A stretch of 64,000 bases of DNA, taken from NCBI GenBank assembly GCA_964016885.1, contig OZ024742.1, positions 101,742,001 to 101,806,000 on the forward strand, in the 5' to 3' direction. The notes beneath the pieces were generated by a model. The model had not been told where the DNA came from and did no database searches. It worked only from the letters and a program-made list of their open reading frames with translations. Positions 36,515 to 49,990 of the stretch are shown piece after piece. Every line of letters begins with the position of its first letter. Position 1 is the stretch's first letter. Both the position numbers and the translations under genes were made by a program. The stretch comes from Eledone cirrhosa. Lineage: Eukaryota.

Positions 36515-37127
36515 TACGAGGACTGAGCAAAGTCTCATTCACCGCCTTGGGTCCTATTTCCCTCTCGGACTCAACTCACCTCCCCAATTTCTCGAATACC
36601 CCGTCCATTATCACACCCCTAGATTCCTATCGCTTTCTCTTGATCATTACAGCTCCCCTTACTACTAATACATGCTGATACACACCCTTATATTAACATA
36701 CTTTTGCTCATAGCTTCGTACTTACAGGCACACACACTCTTTTACTCACATATACACACACATTTCTTCTTAGCTTCGTACGGACCTATAATAACACACA
36801 CACAAACTCATGCTTACGCACGTGCTTTAGTATAGCTCTTTTTACAAAACGTTTTTTTTTTCTAAAAACAAATCATACACAAAACGCCAGCACCAACAGT
36901 TTTGCAAGAGATGTCAACATGAATGGACCTGTTATTTTTATCTAAAGACATTTTTTCCAATTCTATCCCGCCCGTCCCCTCAATCTATTTTATTTCTCAT
37001 TCTTTCCTCTGATGAAAGACTAGCGTCCGAAACGTTAAGACCCTCTTCCTGCTATATCAAGCGTTAACCTAATATATACCTTCCATATGCTGTACCGATT
37101 GTGTTGTTATTTCTGTTTACCTTTTAC

Positions 37128-37130
<3 letters not shown>
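36515..37130 (+). mobile_element. Penelope-like element 3' end: GIY-YIG C-terminus plus pLTR with a hammerhead-like core
   Basis: RTEQSLIHRLGSYFPLGLNS matches the E--LI--LG---P-GLN terminus of PLE GIY-YIG domains; CTGATGA-A-AGACTAGCGTCC-GAAACGTTA at 37009-37037. Confidence 0.7.
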
Positions 37131-37225
<95 letters not shown>

Positions 37226-37464
37226 TATTAAATTAACAATGAAAATAAAAACAACAAAGTCAAATTACTCTATAAATTTGTTGTTTTTATTTTCATTGTT
37301 AATTTAATACCTAATATCTCACTCTGTATCTAAAGAATTAACTCAGCGAAACACAGAACTTCTCTATGGATTTCACTGGATTACATTGAGTTCTATCTAT
37401 GGTACGGACCCTACCGCCAGAGGTAGAACACACTGAAAAAATAAAAAATATATGTGTGTGGGTT

Positions 37465-37512
<48 letters not shown>

Positions 37513-38352
37513 CTACATACATACATATGTATATAGCAATACATTTATATATTTGTATATATGCATTTATATTTAAGGATGTTGACATGATTTATGTTTT
37601 TTTGGTAAGGAGAGAATTTTGTCTCCAGATTTTATTACCTAGGGAGAGATTAACTACCACAGCTTTTCAACCTCATCGAACGCCAACATCGGCCTGTGTG
37701 TGTGTATGTTCATATGTATGTATAAGTATACACCCACATCTTTCATCACCATTGCTTCTTTTTCTTGTCATTTCGGTTGAAGTTGTTCTTGTAACTGTTG
37801 TCATAGTTGACGTTGCCCTTATTTTCATTTTCTTTGATTTCTTTCGTTTTTCTTTTATCTCCCGAGGGAATTCGTTGATAAGTTTCTTTTATTTATTTTC
37901 CTCGTTTTCTTCATTCAAATGCATTCACACTGGCTGTCTCAGAGACGTACAAATATGGCTTATAAAATTTACCAAAGTAAAGAGGCTTCCAGCCCCCTCC
38001 CCCCAAGCTTTAAACGCTCCCCTAGAGCTCCGAAATGCCCCCAGGGGGCATATGCCTCCTGTTGAGAACCTTTGCTCTAGGCAATCGACCAGCTAGGGCA
38101 TAATCAGATGGAAGCACTCCACATCATAGGTACCATAAGGTATTATGTATACGTTATCAAATGGAGAATCAATATTAACCCTTTAGTTACCAACCCAGCC
38201 AAAACTAGTTCTGGTTCTATGAAACAAAAACATCCATTTCAAAGGTTTCCAATATAATTTATATAAGAACCTTACATTAAGTTACTATCTTAGTAATGAA
38301 ATAATTAATAATTTTAGTAAATCCCTTGAAATGCTTCATTAATTAATTAAAA

Positions 38353-38391
38353 CTAGCAGAAAAACCACCCTTCCGGTGGTTTTTCTGCTAG
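38353..38391. repeat. Perfect 17-bp inverted repeat ending in CTAG; possible Helitron-type terminus
   Basis: CTAGCAGAAAAACCACC-cttcc-GGTGGTTTTTCTGCTAG. Confidence 0.6.
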
Positions 38392-39519
38392 CATGTGTAG
38401 TGTGCATATTGATATTATACACAAGTATATATACATGTAGATATGATACATCAAATAAAATCGTAATTGACAATATACACAGAAATTGAAGGAGGACTGC
38501 GTTATACTGTCTTATGTAATCAGTAACGTAAACCATGATACATTTAAAAAGGACGATATTATATATAAATTGCATTAGGAGAAAATTAGTGACGGAAATA
38601 TATGAATGTTTATTTAAGCGATTGCTAACTGGAAGTGTTGACATTTGAAAATTTTAAAGGAGTGAATCTTAAAATAAGCAACAAAATTATATATATTTAA
38701 TCAAGATTATCGAAATTTGCTAGATAAATTATGTAATATTCATTCATTATTTATTTATGCCTTTCATCCTTACGGGGTCGATAAAATAAAGTACCAGTAA
38801 TGTACTGGGTAATTGCTGGCCTTGTGCCAATAGTAGAAACAATTATTTATTCAAAGTAATCCAACTTATTTTACAAATGGGATAAAAAAATATATTCTGG
38901 ATGCAGTCCCGCACTCCTTACTTTATTATAGTTTATATAGAGTGTATTATCAGAGTATCAAATACCATGCTTTGCAGCATAGAGTCATGGCCCTTTATGT
39001 TCTGAGTTCAAATCTCGCCGACGTTAACTTTGCTTTTCATTTTTATGGGATCAATAAAATAAAGCACCAGCAATGCACTGGGGTAATGGCTGGCCTTGTG
39101 CCAAAAAGAAGAAACAATTATTATATATCAAGAGATACAGAGTTTGATTCTCTCTAGTGGCAGCTAACCACTTATTTATGACCTTAAGGGTATCATCATC
39201 ATCACCATTTTACGTCCGCTTTTCCCTGCTTGCAAGGGTGGGACGGGTCCTATTCAGCACAGCATCTCTCCACTTGTCACGGTCCTTCATCATCTCCTCT
39301 GTGAGTTTCAGCGATCTGAGGTCTGCTCTCACCACCTCTGCCCATTTATTTGTTGTAAAGCCTTTACCATGAAAATATAAAAGTATATATAGAGTAATGT
39401 AAATGATATGTGAGATATAGAAATCTAGTTACCAATCAGTGCAATACAATTAGCAACCAAGAAAACGGTATTTCTCTGGGACACCCTGTATATACACATA
39501 GAGCACAAGTAGAAAGTAA

Positions 39520-39720
39520 GTGTATGGATATATACACATTGTGTCTGAACATGGAAGAGCCGAACTCCCACTGTCATCGCCTCCATTTCTCTCACCCTCC
39601 CCATCTCTCTGTATTATGAGCAAATGGGGTCCCATGCGCCGGCCACCCCACGGCCCTGGCAGACAGAATGGAGAAAGCGTTTCCCCGGAGGACGGTAAGG
39701 GAGATGCGCTGGAAGAGTTT
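39520..39720 (-). mobile_element. CRE-clade 3'-end fragment; second copy at 43160-43230
   Basis: Similar to 23690-23840; the minus frame reads LFQRISLTVLRGNAFSIL, the CRE RLE C-terminus. Confidence 0.7.
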
Positions 39721-39933
39721 TCTTTTTTGTTTTGTTTTTATGTTCAGATACTGTGTATATAGAAGTAGATTATATAATACTAAAATTACCAGATATATGA
39801 ACAATCATAGAAACTGGGAAATCTGCATTTTGAAAAAATTTATGGTTTCCATAAAAGAAACCCTATAATTTGATTCCAGACATGTGGGAGTGATTAAGGA
39901 TATAAATAATATTTCAGTAATATGTTTCTAGGA

Positions 39934-40734
39934 TATGGCAGGCTGTATGATGCCTGCATACGAACAGCAATGTTGCATGGCAGTGAGACCTGGGCATTGT
40001 GTGCAGAGGATATACGCAGACTGGAGAGGAACGAAGCTTGCATGCTCCTCTGGATGTGTAATAGCAATTTATGTGAACGGCAAAGCATAAACGAACTAAG
40101 GGAGAAATTAGGAATAAGAGGGATCAGATGCTGTTTACTCGAGAGAAGACTACGTTGGTACGGTCACGTGATGCGCATGAAAGATGACAGCTGTATAAAA
40201 AAGTGCAGGGCAATAAAAATAGACGGTAGCCACGGAGTAGGCAGACACAGAAAAACCTGGGACGACTTGATAAATTCCGACCTCACACACTTACACCTCT
40301 CCAAGACAATGTCACTGGACCGAGATCTTTGGCGCTACACAGTAATACAGAAGACCTGCCTTGCCTAAGTACAAAGCGAAACCTACAGTCAGTAGGCACC
40401 TCTAACAAAAATACACCCCCGTCCCACTACCCCCACTCCCATCCACACCACCCCTTCCAATGTAATGTTATGTTGGTACCACAACATCCAGTCCTAAATA
40501 AATGAGGTTGTGTAGGTGTCACGACAAAAAAACACACAGTCCACGCTGTAATGTGGCCGTGTAGGTAACGGTAAAAACCTCCCAGTCCACACTGTAAACG
40601 TGGTTGGTGTTAGGAAGGGCATCCAGCCGTAGAAAACCCGCCAGACAGTCCTATACAAGCAAGACAACCAATCTTGCCTCAAGTTGGAAAATTCCCGTCC
40701 AAACGCATGCTAGCGTGGAAGATGGACGTTAAAC

Positions 40735-40766
<32 letters not shown>
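39934..40766 (+). mobile_element. 5'-truncated RTE LINE
   Basis: ORF 39922-40368 is nearly identical to the 14650-15084 protein; 3'UTR and (GAT)n tail. Confidence 0.95.
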
Positions 40767-40767
<1 letters not shown>

Positions 40768-40806
40768 ATATATATATGTATATGTATATATATATATGTA
40801 TATATG

Positions 40807-40837
<31 letters not shown>

Positions 40838-40848
40838 GTGTATATATT

Positions 40849-40891
<43 letters not shown>

Positions 40892-41128
40892 GTATATATT
40901 TGTATATATATGTGTATATATATGTATATATATATGTATATATGTATATATATGTGTATATATATGTGTATATATATGTATATATATATGTATATATATA
41001 TGTATATATATATATATGTATATACATATATATATATGTATATATATGTATATATTTGTATATATATGTATATATATGTATATATATGTATGTATATATA
41101 TATGTATATATGTATATATATATATGTA

Positions 41129-41160
<32 letters not shown>

Positions 41161-41163
41161 CCC

Positions 41164-41194
<31 letters not shown>

Positions 41195-41205
41195 TTGTGT
41201 GTATA
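40767..41205. repeat. Long (TA)n/(TATG)n compound microsatellite
   Basis: Direct inspection; source of several spurious YI/IY ORFs. Confidence 0.95.
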
Positions 41206-41426
41206 TAAATTCATTTAATGGCTAAGTAGTGAGCCTTCTTGATACTCTAATGTAACAAAGCTCATTAAATGAATATTTAAACTCTACTTTAGTTGTTATA
41301 GTTTTCTGCTTTTGGAATCCCACATTACAAATTCCAAATCATCCAAGTACTTTGATAATTAATGATTTATATACATTTATAGTTTATAGTGTCTTTCTTT
41401 CTCTCTCTTAAAAAAAAAATATATAT

Positions 41427-41460
<34 letters not shown>

Positions 41461-41466
41461 ATATAT

Positions 41467-42340
41467 TTTATACCGCTGTTGGCCACAAAAGGTTTCTCTC
41501 TAAAAATGAAAGGCAGATTGTATGATGCTTGTATACGAACAGCAATGCTATATGGCAGTGAGACATGGGCATTGCGTGCAGAGGACCTGCGTAGACTGGA
41601 AAGGAACGAAGCATGCTTGCTCCGTTGGATGTGTAATAGTAACATACGTGAATGGCAAAGCATAAATGAACTAAGTGAGAAATTAGAAATAAGAGGGATC
41701 AGATGCTGTTTACTTGAGAGAAGACTACGTTGGTATGGCCACGTGATGCGCATGAAAGACGACAGCTGTATAAAAAAGTGCAGGGCGATCAAAATTGATG
41801 GTAGTTACGGAGTAGGTAGAGCCAGAAAAACCTGATAAATTCCGACCTTACACACTTGCACCTCTCTAAGACAATGTCTCTGGACTGAGATCTTTGGCGC
41901 TACGCAGTAATACAGAAGACCCGTCTTGCCTATGTACAAAGCGAAACCTACAGTCAGTAGGCACCTCTTAACCAAATATACACCCCAATCCACTACCCCT
42001 ACCATATCCTCCCACTCTCACCAACACCACCCCCTCTCTATAAAGTTGGTACCACAATATCCAGTCCAAATAAATGAGATAAATGAGATCGAGATCGAGA
42101 TCGTGTAGGTGTCACGAGAAAATAACACACAGTCCACGCTGTAATGTGGCTGTGTAGGTAGCACGGTAAAAAGTTCCCAGTTCCACACTGTAAATGTGGT
42201 TGGTGTTAGGAAGGGCATCCAGCCGTAGAAAACCTGCCAGATAGTCCTATATGAGCGAGACACGGTCACCCGACCAACCTTGCCTCAAGTGGGACAACTC
42301 CCGTCTAACCCATGCTAGCGTGGAAAGTGGACGTTAAACG

Positions 42341-42371
<31 letters not shown>
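41467..42371 (+). mobile_element. 5'-truncated RTE LINE
   Basis: IPLLATKGFSLKMKGRLYDAC...RLRWYGHV; 3'UTR and (GAT)n tail. Confidence 0.95.
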
Positions 42372-42374
<3 letters not shown>

Positions 42375-42914
42375 ACATAGATATTCAGCATATATGTACA
42401 AATGACACACAGGATTAAATATATGAGTAACTTAAGAGAAATAACTATTTACAGGGAAAAAGTTAGGGTTAGAACCCAGGACCTTGTGATTAGAAACTAA
42501 ACTTTTTATTGTAGCAACATGGCTGAGATAGGGAATGCATTGTGTGTATGTGTAAATTTAAAAGATTTAAATACAGGGATATATATATATATATACACAC
42601 ATGGCCTATAATTATGGTTGATGTCAATGCCTTATTTCACAGACTGTAGGGGTACAGTAGGGGTGATATGTTTAGGAAGTTTTGGATGATATTTTTAGCA
42701 TACCCCCCACCCCCCAGGCTCATCATGCAGTAGTGTAGGTAGCATGCTGTCGTGTGACATAGTTTAGAAAGGCCTGCTCTAGTGCAAACATAAGTTACAA
42801 TGCTTCTACTACATATCCCAAGAATATTCACAACTTAAGCTAGGAAAGACCCAAAATTATGTTTGATTCACTGATAACCTACTGTCTTGACATGGCTCTC
42901 ATCTCATATATATA

Positions 42915-42973
<59 letters not shown>

Positions 42974-44149
42974 ATATATGTGTGTATATATATATATATG
43001 TATGTATATATATGTGTGTATATATATATATATATGTATGTATGTATTATAGTGTTCTCTTCTGTTGTTTTTTATTTGGCTTTTCTCATATATGTATGAG
43101 AACACACACACACACACACATACATACACACATGTGTGTATGTGTGTGTGTGTGTGTGTGTGGATATATACATATTGTGTCCGAACATGGAAGAGCCGAA
43201 CTCCCACTGTCATCGCCTCCATCTCTCACACACACACACACATATATATATATGTGTAAACACACACATAATACTGAAATTAAGCTATCAATTAGGACCG
43301 ATACACCTTCAATTGTTTCCCCACTCAATAATTGTTTCTACACAAGGCCATCAATTACCCAGTACATTACTGGTACTTTATTTTATTGACCCCGTAAGGA
43401 TGAAAGGCAAAATTAACCTCGGCGGGATTTGAACTCAGACCGTAAAGGGACGTAACTATGCTAGAAAGCATGGCGTCCGACCCTCTACCGATACTGCCAA
43501 TCCACCGCCCTCAATAATATAATTAAGTCAGTGTCATTAAGACACCAGCCCAAGTAAATTACAGTGCACACTAATATGTTAAATAGTGAGAAAAAAAAAA
43601 ACTGATTTTGTATGGAGATATATGTATATACACACAAATACACCCTGCCCATATATATATATATATAGTACCTAGAACATTTGTACTTTTATTCAGTGCA
43701 TATGCATATGGTATGACTCTACACTGCACAATTACAAACATGTTAAAATAGAAACAAACATAGATAGAAACTTTAGAAGTTTCAGAGAAAATGATAGAGT
43801 GATGGCATGGAAGTTGATTAGTATGCTTAACAACATTCATTAAGGTTTGTAACATGTTTATGTGTTTGGAGAGGCTGTTAGCACAACATGCTATTTTGTA
43901 AGTAAAGAATTTCTCTCTTGTAAGGGAGCAGTTAAAAATAAGAAAACAAGATATTGCCACAAAAATTTGTCTAAACTAGCGACACATATTCATCAGAGTA
44001 TTGCAGTCTTACAGCAGTATTGTGAGCTGCAGTATTGTTTATTTTTCTGCAATCTTTGTTATTCCATTGCTGTAATTTTAGATATAGGTTTATTTTTTGT
44101 TTCTTTTTTTGTATTTCTATTTTTGTTTTGCATCTATGTTGCAAATGTT

Positions 44150-44660
44150 TGTATATGATGGTCTAGTTTGTTTTGCAGATCTGTGCTGAGAAATGAAACT
44201 GTCATACATGCACTGGTTCAGTACCCAAGCATTGTTGATCTGTGCAGTTTTGTTGCATGTTAGATGGATCCAGCTATTGAGTGACACCATTGTGAAATTG
44301 TCCCACCGCCTTCTTTTGGCTGGTAAATGTGGGCAGTTTTCCTTTATCTGGTGGAAGAGGTTGTGTGATGGATGCAATTGAAAGGACTGAAGACTGACAC
44401 ATTCCTCTTCGACCAATCTCTCATCAACTTTCTCAACTTTTACTTGGAAAGAAAGGTGTGGTCAGAAGACTGGTTGAATTTATTCTGAGAATGCACCTGT
44501 AGGCTGGGAGACGATATCTGATAGAGGGCACTTGCCCTGGTGTACAAGAAGAGTTAGGTTTTGACAGGTTTCCCTGATTGGCCTTAGGTAGTTGTCCCCA
44601 TATTGGAGGCATTCTCTTAGTTGTTGTGTTTTTTGTTATTCTTTGTTTATATTTTTTTGT
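44150..44660 (+). mobile_element. Tx1/L1-clade ORF2 C-terminal remnant and T-rich 3' region
   Basis: ETVIHALVQYP (zf-RVT-like ET--HA---CP motif) at ~44196, followed by degenerate ORF2 C-terminus. Confidence 0.55.
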
Positions 44661-44797
44661 TCAAGTTTTAAACTTAACAAAATCTTAAGGAAACTAACCT
44701 GTTAGTTGCAGGTGGGGTTGTTGAATTTGGAGAGACGGCCTTCCACACAAAACTAAGTAAGAGTTCTTTCTTATTTTTCTTTTTTTTTTCTGATAAC

Positions 44798-45560
44798 ATG
44801 GCATTGCTCAGAGTAGGCAGTGTGAATGTACATGGTCTGGGGTTGCCTTGGAAGCAGGATCACTTGCTCAATGACCCCAGGTCACTGAGCATAGATGTGG
44901 TGGCTATCAGCAAGACCAGAATTTTAGAGCCATGAGCTTTGCACCCATTTTCAAAGGCTATGAAGGATCACCTCCAAGTTGTCCGGGTGCAGGAGGCGGA
45001 GTTGCCATGTTGTTTCAGAATGACCTGGATCTCGTGATATGGACCATCTTCCTGGATCCAGAGGGTAAGTCAGTGGTGCTCGATAGGAGAGTAGCCAATG
45101 CTTTCAGACTGCTTGCCATCTATGTCCCTACAGGGGCAGGATGATCAGATTTTTTCAGGGATCTGGAAACTTTTCTAGGAACATCCTACTTTTTAGTGTT
45201 AATGGATGACTGGAACAGAATCTTAGATGCACCCTGGGACTGTGTGAGTTTAGTAGACAGGGGAGGAGAGTGCAATAGCCTCGCAAGCCTGCTCAGACAA
45301 TTCCAACTGTCTGACAGATATCAACTGGATTTCCTGAATGTGTCAGTGTAGACCTGGTCAAACCACATTGGGTCATCCAGATCGTATCTAGATAGGGTAT
45401 TCTGTAGGGAAGTAGATATGGATAGCATAGGTTGTTCACAATTTAAAGTAGTTGATTACACAGACCACAAATTTGTGATTTGTACAGTCAACTTAGGCTT
45501 CATAGGCTGGTTACTGGAAGCTGAACATGTCCTTCCTGGTTACAGAGACTGTAAGTTAAG
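44798..45560 (+). mobile_element. Tx1/L1-clade APE endonuclease pseudogene
   Basis: MALLRVGSVNVHGL, AIYVP, DWN-ILD, YLDR, YTDHK and GYWKLN motifs with stops and frameshifts. Confidence 0.85.
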
Positions 45561-45879
45561 TGTGCATTTATAGAGGCAACCACCAACAATAAATATAAAG
45601 ATCTAGAAATAGAAATAACTTGAAAGGGAATAATGAAAACAGAAACAATCCATATTATAATAGGTGCTCTGTGAATGATAAAAAACACACAGTCAAATAC
45701 ATAACCAAAACCTCAGGACTTACAAATTCTGAAAATAGCACTACTAGGCCCTGCACACATATTATGAGAAGTTCTTTCAATATAATATTTTAACAACACC
45801 AAAAAGAACAATACTCACACCCAAGATGTACAGTGCTGTATTGGTAATGAAGTGACAGCACTTATTAAAAATAAGACGG

Positions 45880-46216
45880 ATGTTGATGATGGTGTTGTTA
45901 TTGTTGGTGGTGGTGGTGATGGTGGTGATAGTGTTGATGGTGGTGTTGTCATTGGTGGTGATGGTGGTGATGAGGATGGTGTTGTTATTGTTGGAGGTGT
46001 TGGTGGTGATGGTGGTGTTGTCGCTGGTGGTGGTGGTGTTGTTGTTGGTGGTGGTTGTGGTGATGGTGTCGTTGATGGTGGTAGTGGTGGTGATGGGGGT
46101 GGTGATGGTGGTGTTGTTGTTGGTGGTGGTTGTGGTGATGGTGGTGATGGTGGTGGTGGTAATGGTGGTGGTGCCGTTGGTGGTGGTGGTGGTGGTGGTA
46201 TTGGTGATGATGATGA
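45880..46216. repeat. (GGT/GAT/GTT)n trinucleotide microsatellite
   Basis: Direct inspection. Confidence 0.95.
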
Positions 46217-46379
46217 TTTATTTTATTGACTACAATGGTGCAGAACATGGGAAACAATGCAAGAATGAAAAACAACACAAAGTAAGGTTTACCCCAAGGT
46301 GGAACCGACAAAACAGTAAATGTAACAAAAACAATATCAATATTCATATTAACTAGTAATAATGGTTTCTTTACATCAT

Positions 46380-46900
46380 AATATAAAGGGATGTAACTCT
46401 ATGCTGCAAAACGTGTTGTCTGATGCTCTACCGATACTACTAATCCACCACCCTTATGTTTGTAGTAACAATGGTTTCTCATTTAGGCACACAGCTGGCA
46501 GTTTCAGAGGAAGGGAAAGTCGATTAAATTGACTCCAGTGCATTACTGGTACTTTGTTTTATCAACTCCATAAGGATGTAAGGCAAAGCTAACCTCGGTG
46601 GGATTCGAACTCAGAATGTAAAGGGATGTAACTCTATGCTACAAAGTATGTTGTCCAATGCTCTACTGCCAATCCATTGCTCTTATATTAACGAGTATTA
46701 ACTATACAAAATAATATAATTGTTTCTACTTTAGGCACAAGGCCAGCAATTACCCAGTATATTACTGGTACTTTATTTTATTGACCCCGTAAGGATGAAA
46801 GGCAAAGTTAACCTCGGCGGGATTTGAACTCAGACTGTAAAGGGACATAACTATGCTAGAAAGCATGGTGTCCGACCCTCTACCGATACTGCCAATTTAC
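46380..46900 (-). mobile_element. Cluster of three head-to-tail family A SINEs (one partial)
   Basis: Three repeats of the TAAAGGGA--TAACT...CTCTAC-GATACTGCCAAT module. Confidence 0.75.
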
Positions 46901-48959
46901 CGAATAATATAATAAAAGTCAACAAGAACGAGTTTTCCAATAAGAGAAGACAACTTCCTAGAATAATGTAAGAGAAAACCTCGCACAAGGCAGGTGGCTT
47001 AGTGGTCAGAGAATTGGATTCACAATCATGTGATTGTGAGTTCAATTCCTGAATTGGGTGAATCACTATGTACTTGAACAAGACCTTTATTTCACATTGC
47101 TCCTTCTACCAGTTGTTGCAACTAATAGATAGTACCAACAATGGAAAAACCAATGGAAACATTGTTTCCTTGGACCAATTTGACGAGTTCCACCCTAATC
47201 AGTAAGTGAATGAGGTCTGGGATCTTGTCAATTAAATTTTCTTTTATTACTCTGTCGCATCAAGGGCATTGAAATTATCCTCTCCTGGTACCTTTCTTCC
47301 TGCTTAGAAAAGGATAGTCAGAATAGACCCATTCAACCTCCCATCCATCTTTCATGAAGTACACTAGAAGACAACACCATCCCCGTTGTCATCACCTTCC
47401 TCTACACGTGGTTCATGAAGAAACTGATGAGGGTTTCGTCGGGCTGAAGACTCCTTGTCATCAAACTTTTTACCTGTATCTGTAGCAAAATTTCTTCACA
47501 CACTGCCCCCCCCCCCCAAATGACATCTAGCTACCATTTATATTTTATCTGGGTTGGCGTCAGTGGTTCTGGATTGGCCAGTCAGCTTGAGGTGAAAGCG
47601 AGGTAAGTTCTTATTTCAGTCAACTCTGGTAACTCGGAAGAGAAGCATCACTAGTGAGATGTAGCACTTAGTAAAAAAAATCTTTGGCCCTGTTGACATG
47701 GGCCCAACAGCAATTCTTCCATCAGCATTTCAACTACACACAGAGAATCATACAGCTCCTTTACACTGCGAGCTTACTTCTACCTATACTGGTATGTCAA
47801 CCTGAAACAACTTATCACTTTGTAATCTAATATAGCGTAATAAACACATATTCTTTTTCCTTTATAAAGAAGTGAAATAAAGTTATATCTTTAACCCAAA
47901 TTATTGTATTTGTTGTGTTTATACATCCTCTTTCATAACACACTAAAACTGCACTTCATATCCACTGTACAGCTTCTTTCACCAAACTCTCTAATGTGTA
48001 CTCCAGTTGTTCATACAACATAACAGCCTACTCACAAAATTAACATGCAAGTGACTGAACTTTCCACAAACCTGTGCCCCCTTAACGTAGTTCTCAGGAA
48101 GATTCAGCATAACATGAGGAGTGACAAGGTACAACTAATTTTTGTTAGCTCAGTGGACCTGAGCAATGGGAAATAAAATATGTTAGTGAAAGACACAATG
48201 TGCCAGGGTGAATCAAACTCATAATCTTATGATTGTGAGCTAAACACCCTAACCAGTTACATACCATCATATTTTTCCAAGACACTACATATAAATCTCA
48301 CCACATGGCTTCTGTTGGTAGATTCTACACGTTTCAACTAAATGTAACATTCGTTGTTTACTGATGTTAAGAAATAACTAAGCTACTCACACATACCTAT
48401 ATACATATGCACACACGTGTACATGCACACACATACACTCACACATACATGCATGCACATGTACACACACACACACACACTTACACAAGCGTGTGCACAT
48501 GCACACTCATGCACACATGCATACACACATACACACATATACATACATGCACAGACACACATATGTTCACCTACTCTATATACATGAGTGTAAGTGTTTA
48601 TATGTGACTATTCTGATATATAGTTTAGTACTGTATGATTTATTGTATGAAGCTATAAATGTTATTACAGCTCAAGAACATGACATGAAATAATATCATA
48701 TTAACAAACTTTTATCATCCACCATCCTTATTGCTCTGGCCTATCTTGGCCTAGTTACAAAATTCACTGCCACTGGGAATTACTGTTCTCTGTACCAAAA
48801 GAAATAGCTAATAGCCATTACTACAATACATAGACATTCAACCCTTTCATTACCATATTTCTAATGAAAAATACTGTTTATGATTTTTAATTAATTTGGA
48901 GATAATCAAGAACTTGGATGGGTTTAGAACCATCTCATTATTCAGGAGGTGTTTTTAGG

Positions 48960-49392
48960 GCAATGGATTGGCTATATCAGTAGAGTGTTGGAGAAAATGT
49001 TTTGTCGTATTTAGTTATGACTTTCTACATTCTGTGTTCAAATCCCACCAAGGTCAACTTTGCCTTTCATCCTTCCCAGGTTGATAAAATAAAGTACCAG
49101 TTAAGTACTGGTGTTAATATAATTGATTTTTTCCTTTCCCCTAAATTGCTGGTCTTGTATCTAAGTCAGAAATCAATCATTATAAAGTAGGTGTTTAAGA
49201 GCAGTGGATTGGCAGTATTGGTAGAGCGTCAGACACCATGCTTTGTAGCATAGAGTTGTGGCCCTTTACGTTCCGAGTTCAAATCCCGCCGAGGTTAACT
49301 TTGCCTTTCAACCTTACGGGGTCAATAAAATAAAGCACCAGTAATGCACTGGGGTAATTGCTGGCCTTGTGCCAAAAGTAGAAACAATTATT
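48960..49392 (+). mobile_element. Two tandem family A SINEs inside a piggyBac-like element
   Basis: Two GGATTGGC...TTCAAATCCC...GCCTTTCA...GCTGG-CTTGT units, bounded by repeated AGGTGTTT. Confidence 0.75.
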
Positions 49393-49821
49393 AAGTAGGT
49401 GTTTGGAACATAACTTAACAAAGATACTTACATAAAATTATGATGGAAAGTATCTAGACAAATATAAACATTTTAAAATAAAGTTTTGCATTGTTGAACC
49501 AAAGGCAGTTTCAAGTGGTTTGGTATGAAAAGAGCTAAAAAACAATTGGTAACCTTGACCTATTTGTTTCCTTCAATAGTCTATTTTCCTTGCTTTGCAT
49601 CCATAAACATTTTTATAGTTTTTTTCTTTAATCATGTCATAAAGCCATTTGTTCTTCAATAAAAATAGTAACCAGCCCTGTCTGCATTCATTGTTGATTG
49701 CAAATAGGTTTTTGTGAATTTAAGTTTAGAAAAAATCATCTAGCCATTTGTGACAGTATCTGGCAGATTTATACAAATTCATAAAACACATTATCAGCAA
49801 ACTATTTTTTTTTTTTTGCAT

Positions 49822-49990
49822 GTGGCATTGGAGATGTTTAGGGAAGCTGGGTCATTGACAACAACATTCTTGTCATTGTTAGTGGCTCACCTTACTGATA
49901 CCCATATGGGTGCTTTGTTATTCTAGCACCTTAGCCTTGCTATCACTCAGGGTAATGCTGCAAGTATGTTGGCTAACCTAAAACATTATT
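49822..49990 (+). mobile_element. CRE-clade RLE C-terminal fragment
   Basis: Translates VALEMFREAGSLTTTFLSLLVAHL...LF*HLSLAITQGNAASML, homologous to the 3' end of the 62720-63930 element. Confidence 0.65.

Noticed and set aside
40710-41225. Multiple YI/IY-rich ORFs (also near 33.8, 35.6, 37.4 and 42.9 kb)
   Set aside because: Translations of (TA)n microsatellites.
45852-46356. Gly-rich, Val-rich and His-rich ORFs
   Set aside because: Trinucleotide microsatellite open in several frames; no splice or homology support.
47420-47470. CTGATGA / TTTCG sequence resembling a hammerhead
   Set aside because: Could not build consistent stems I-III with a correctly placed GAAA and NUH on either strand.
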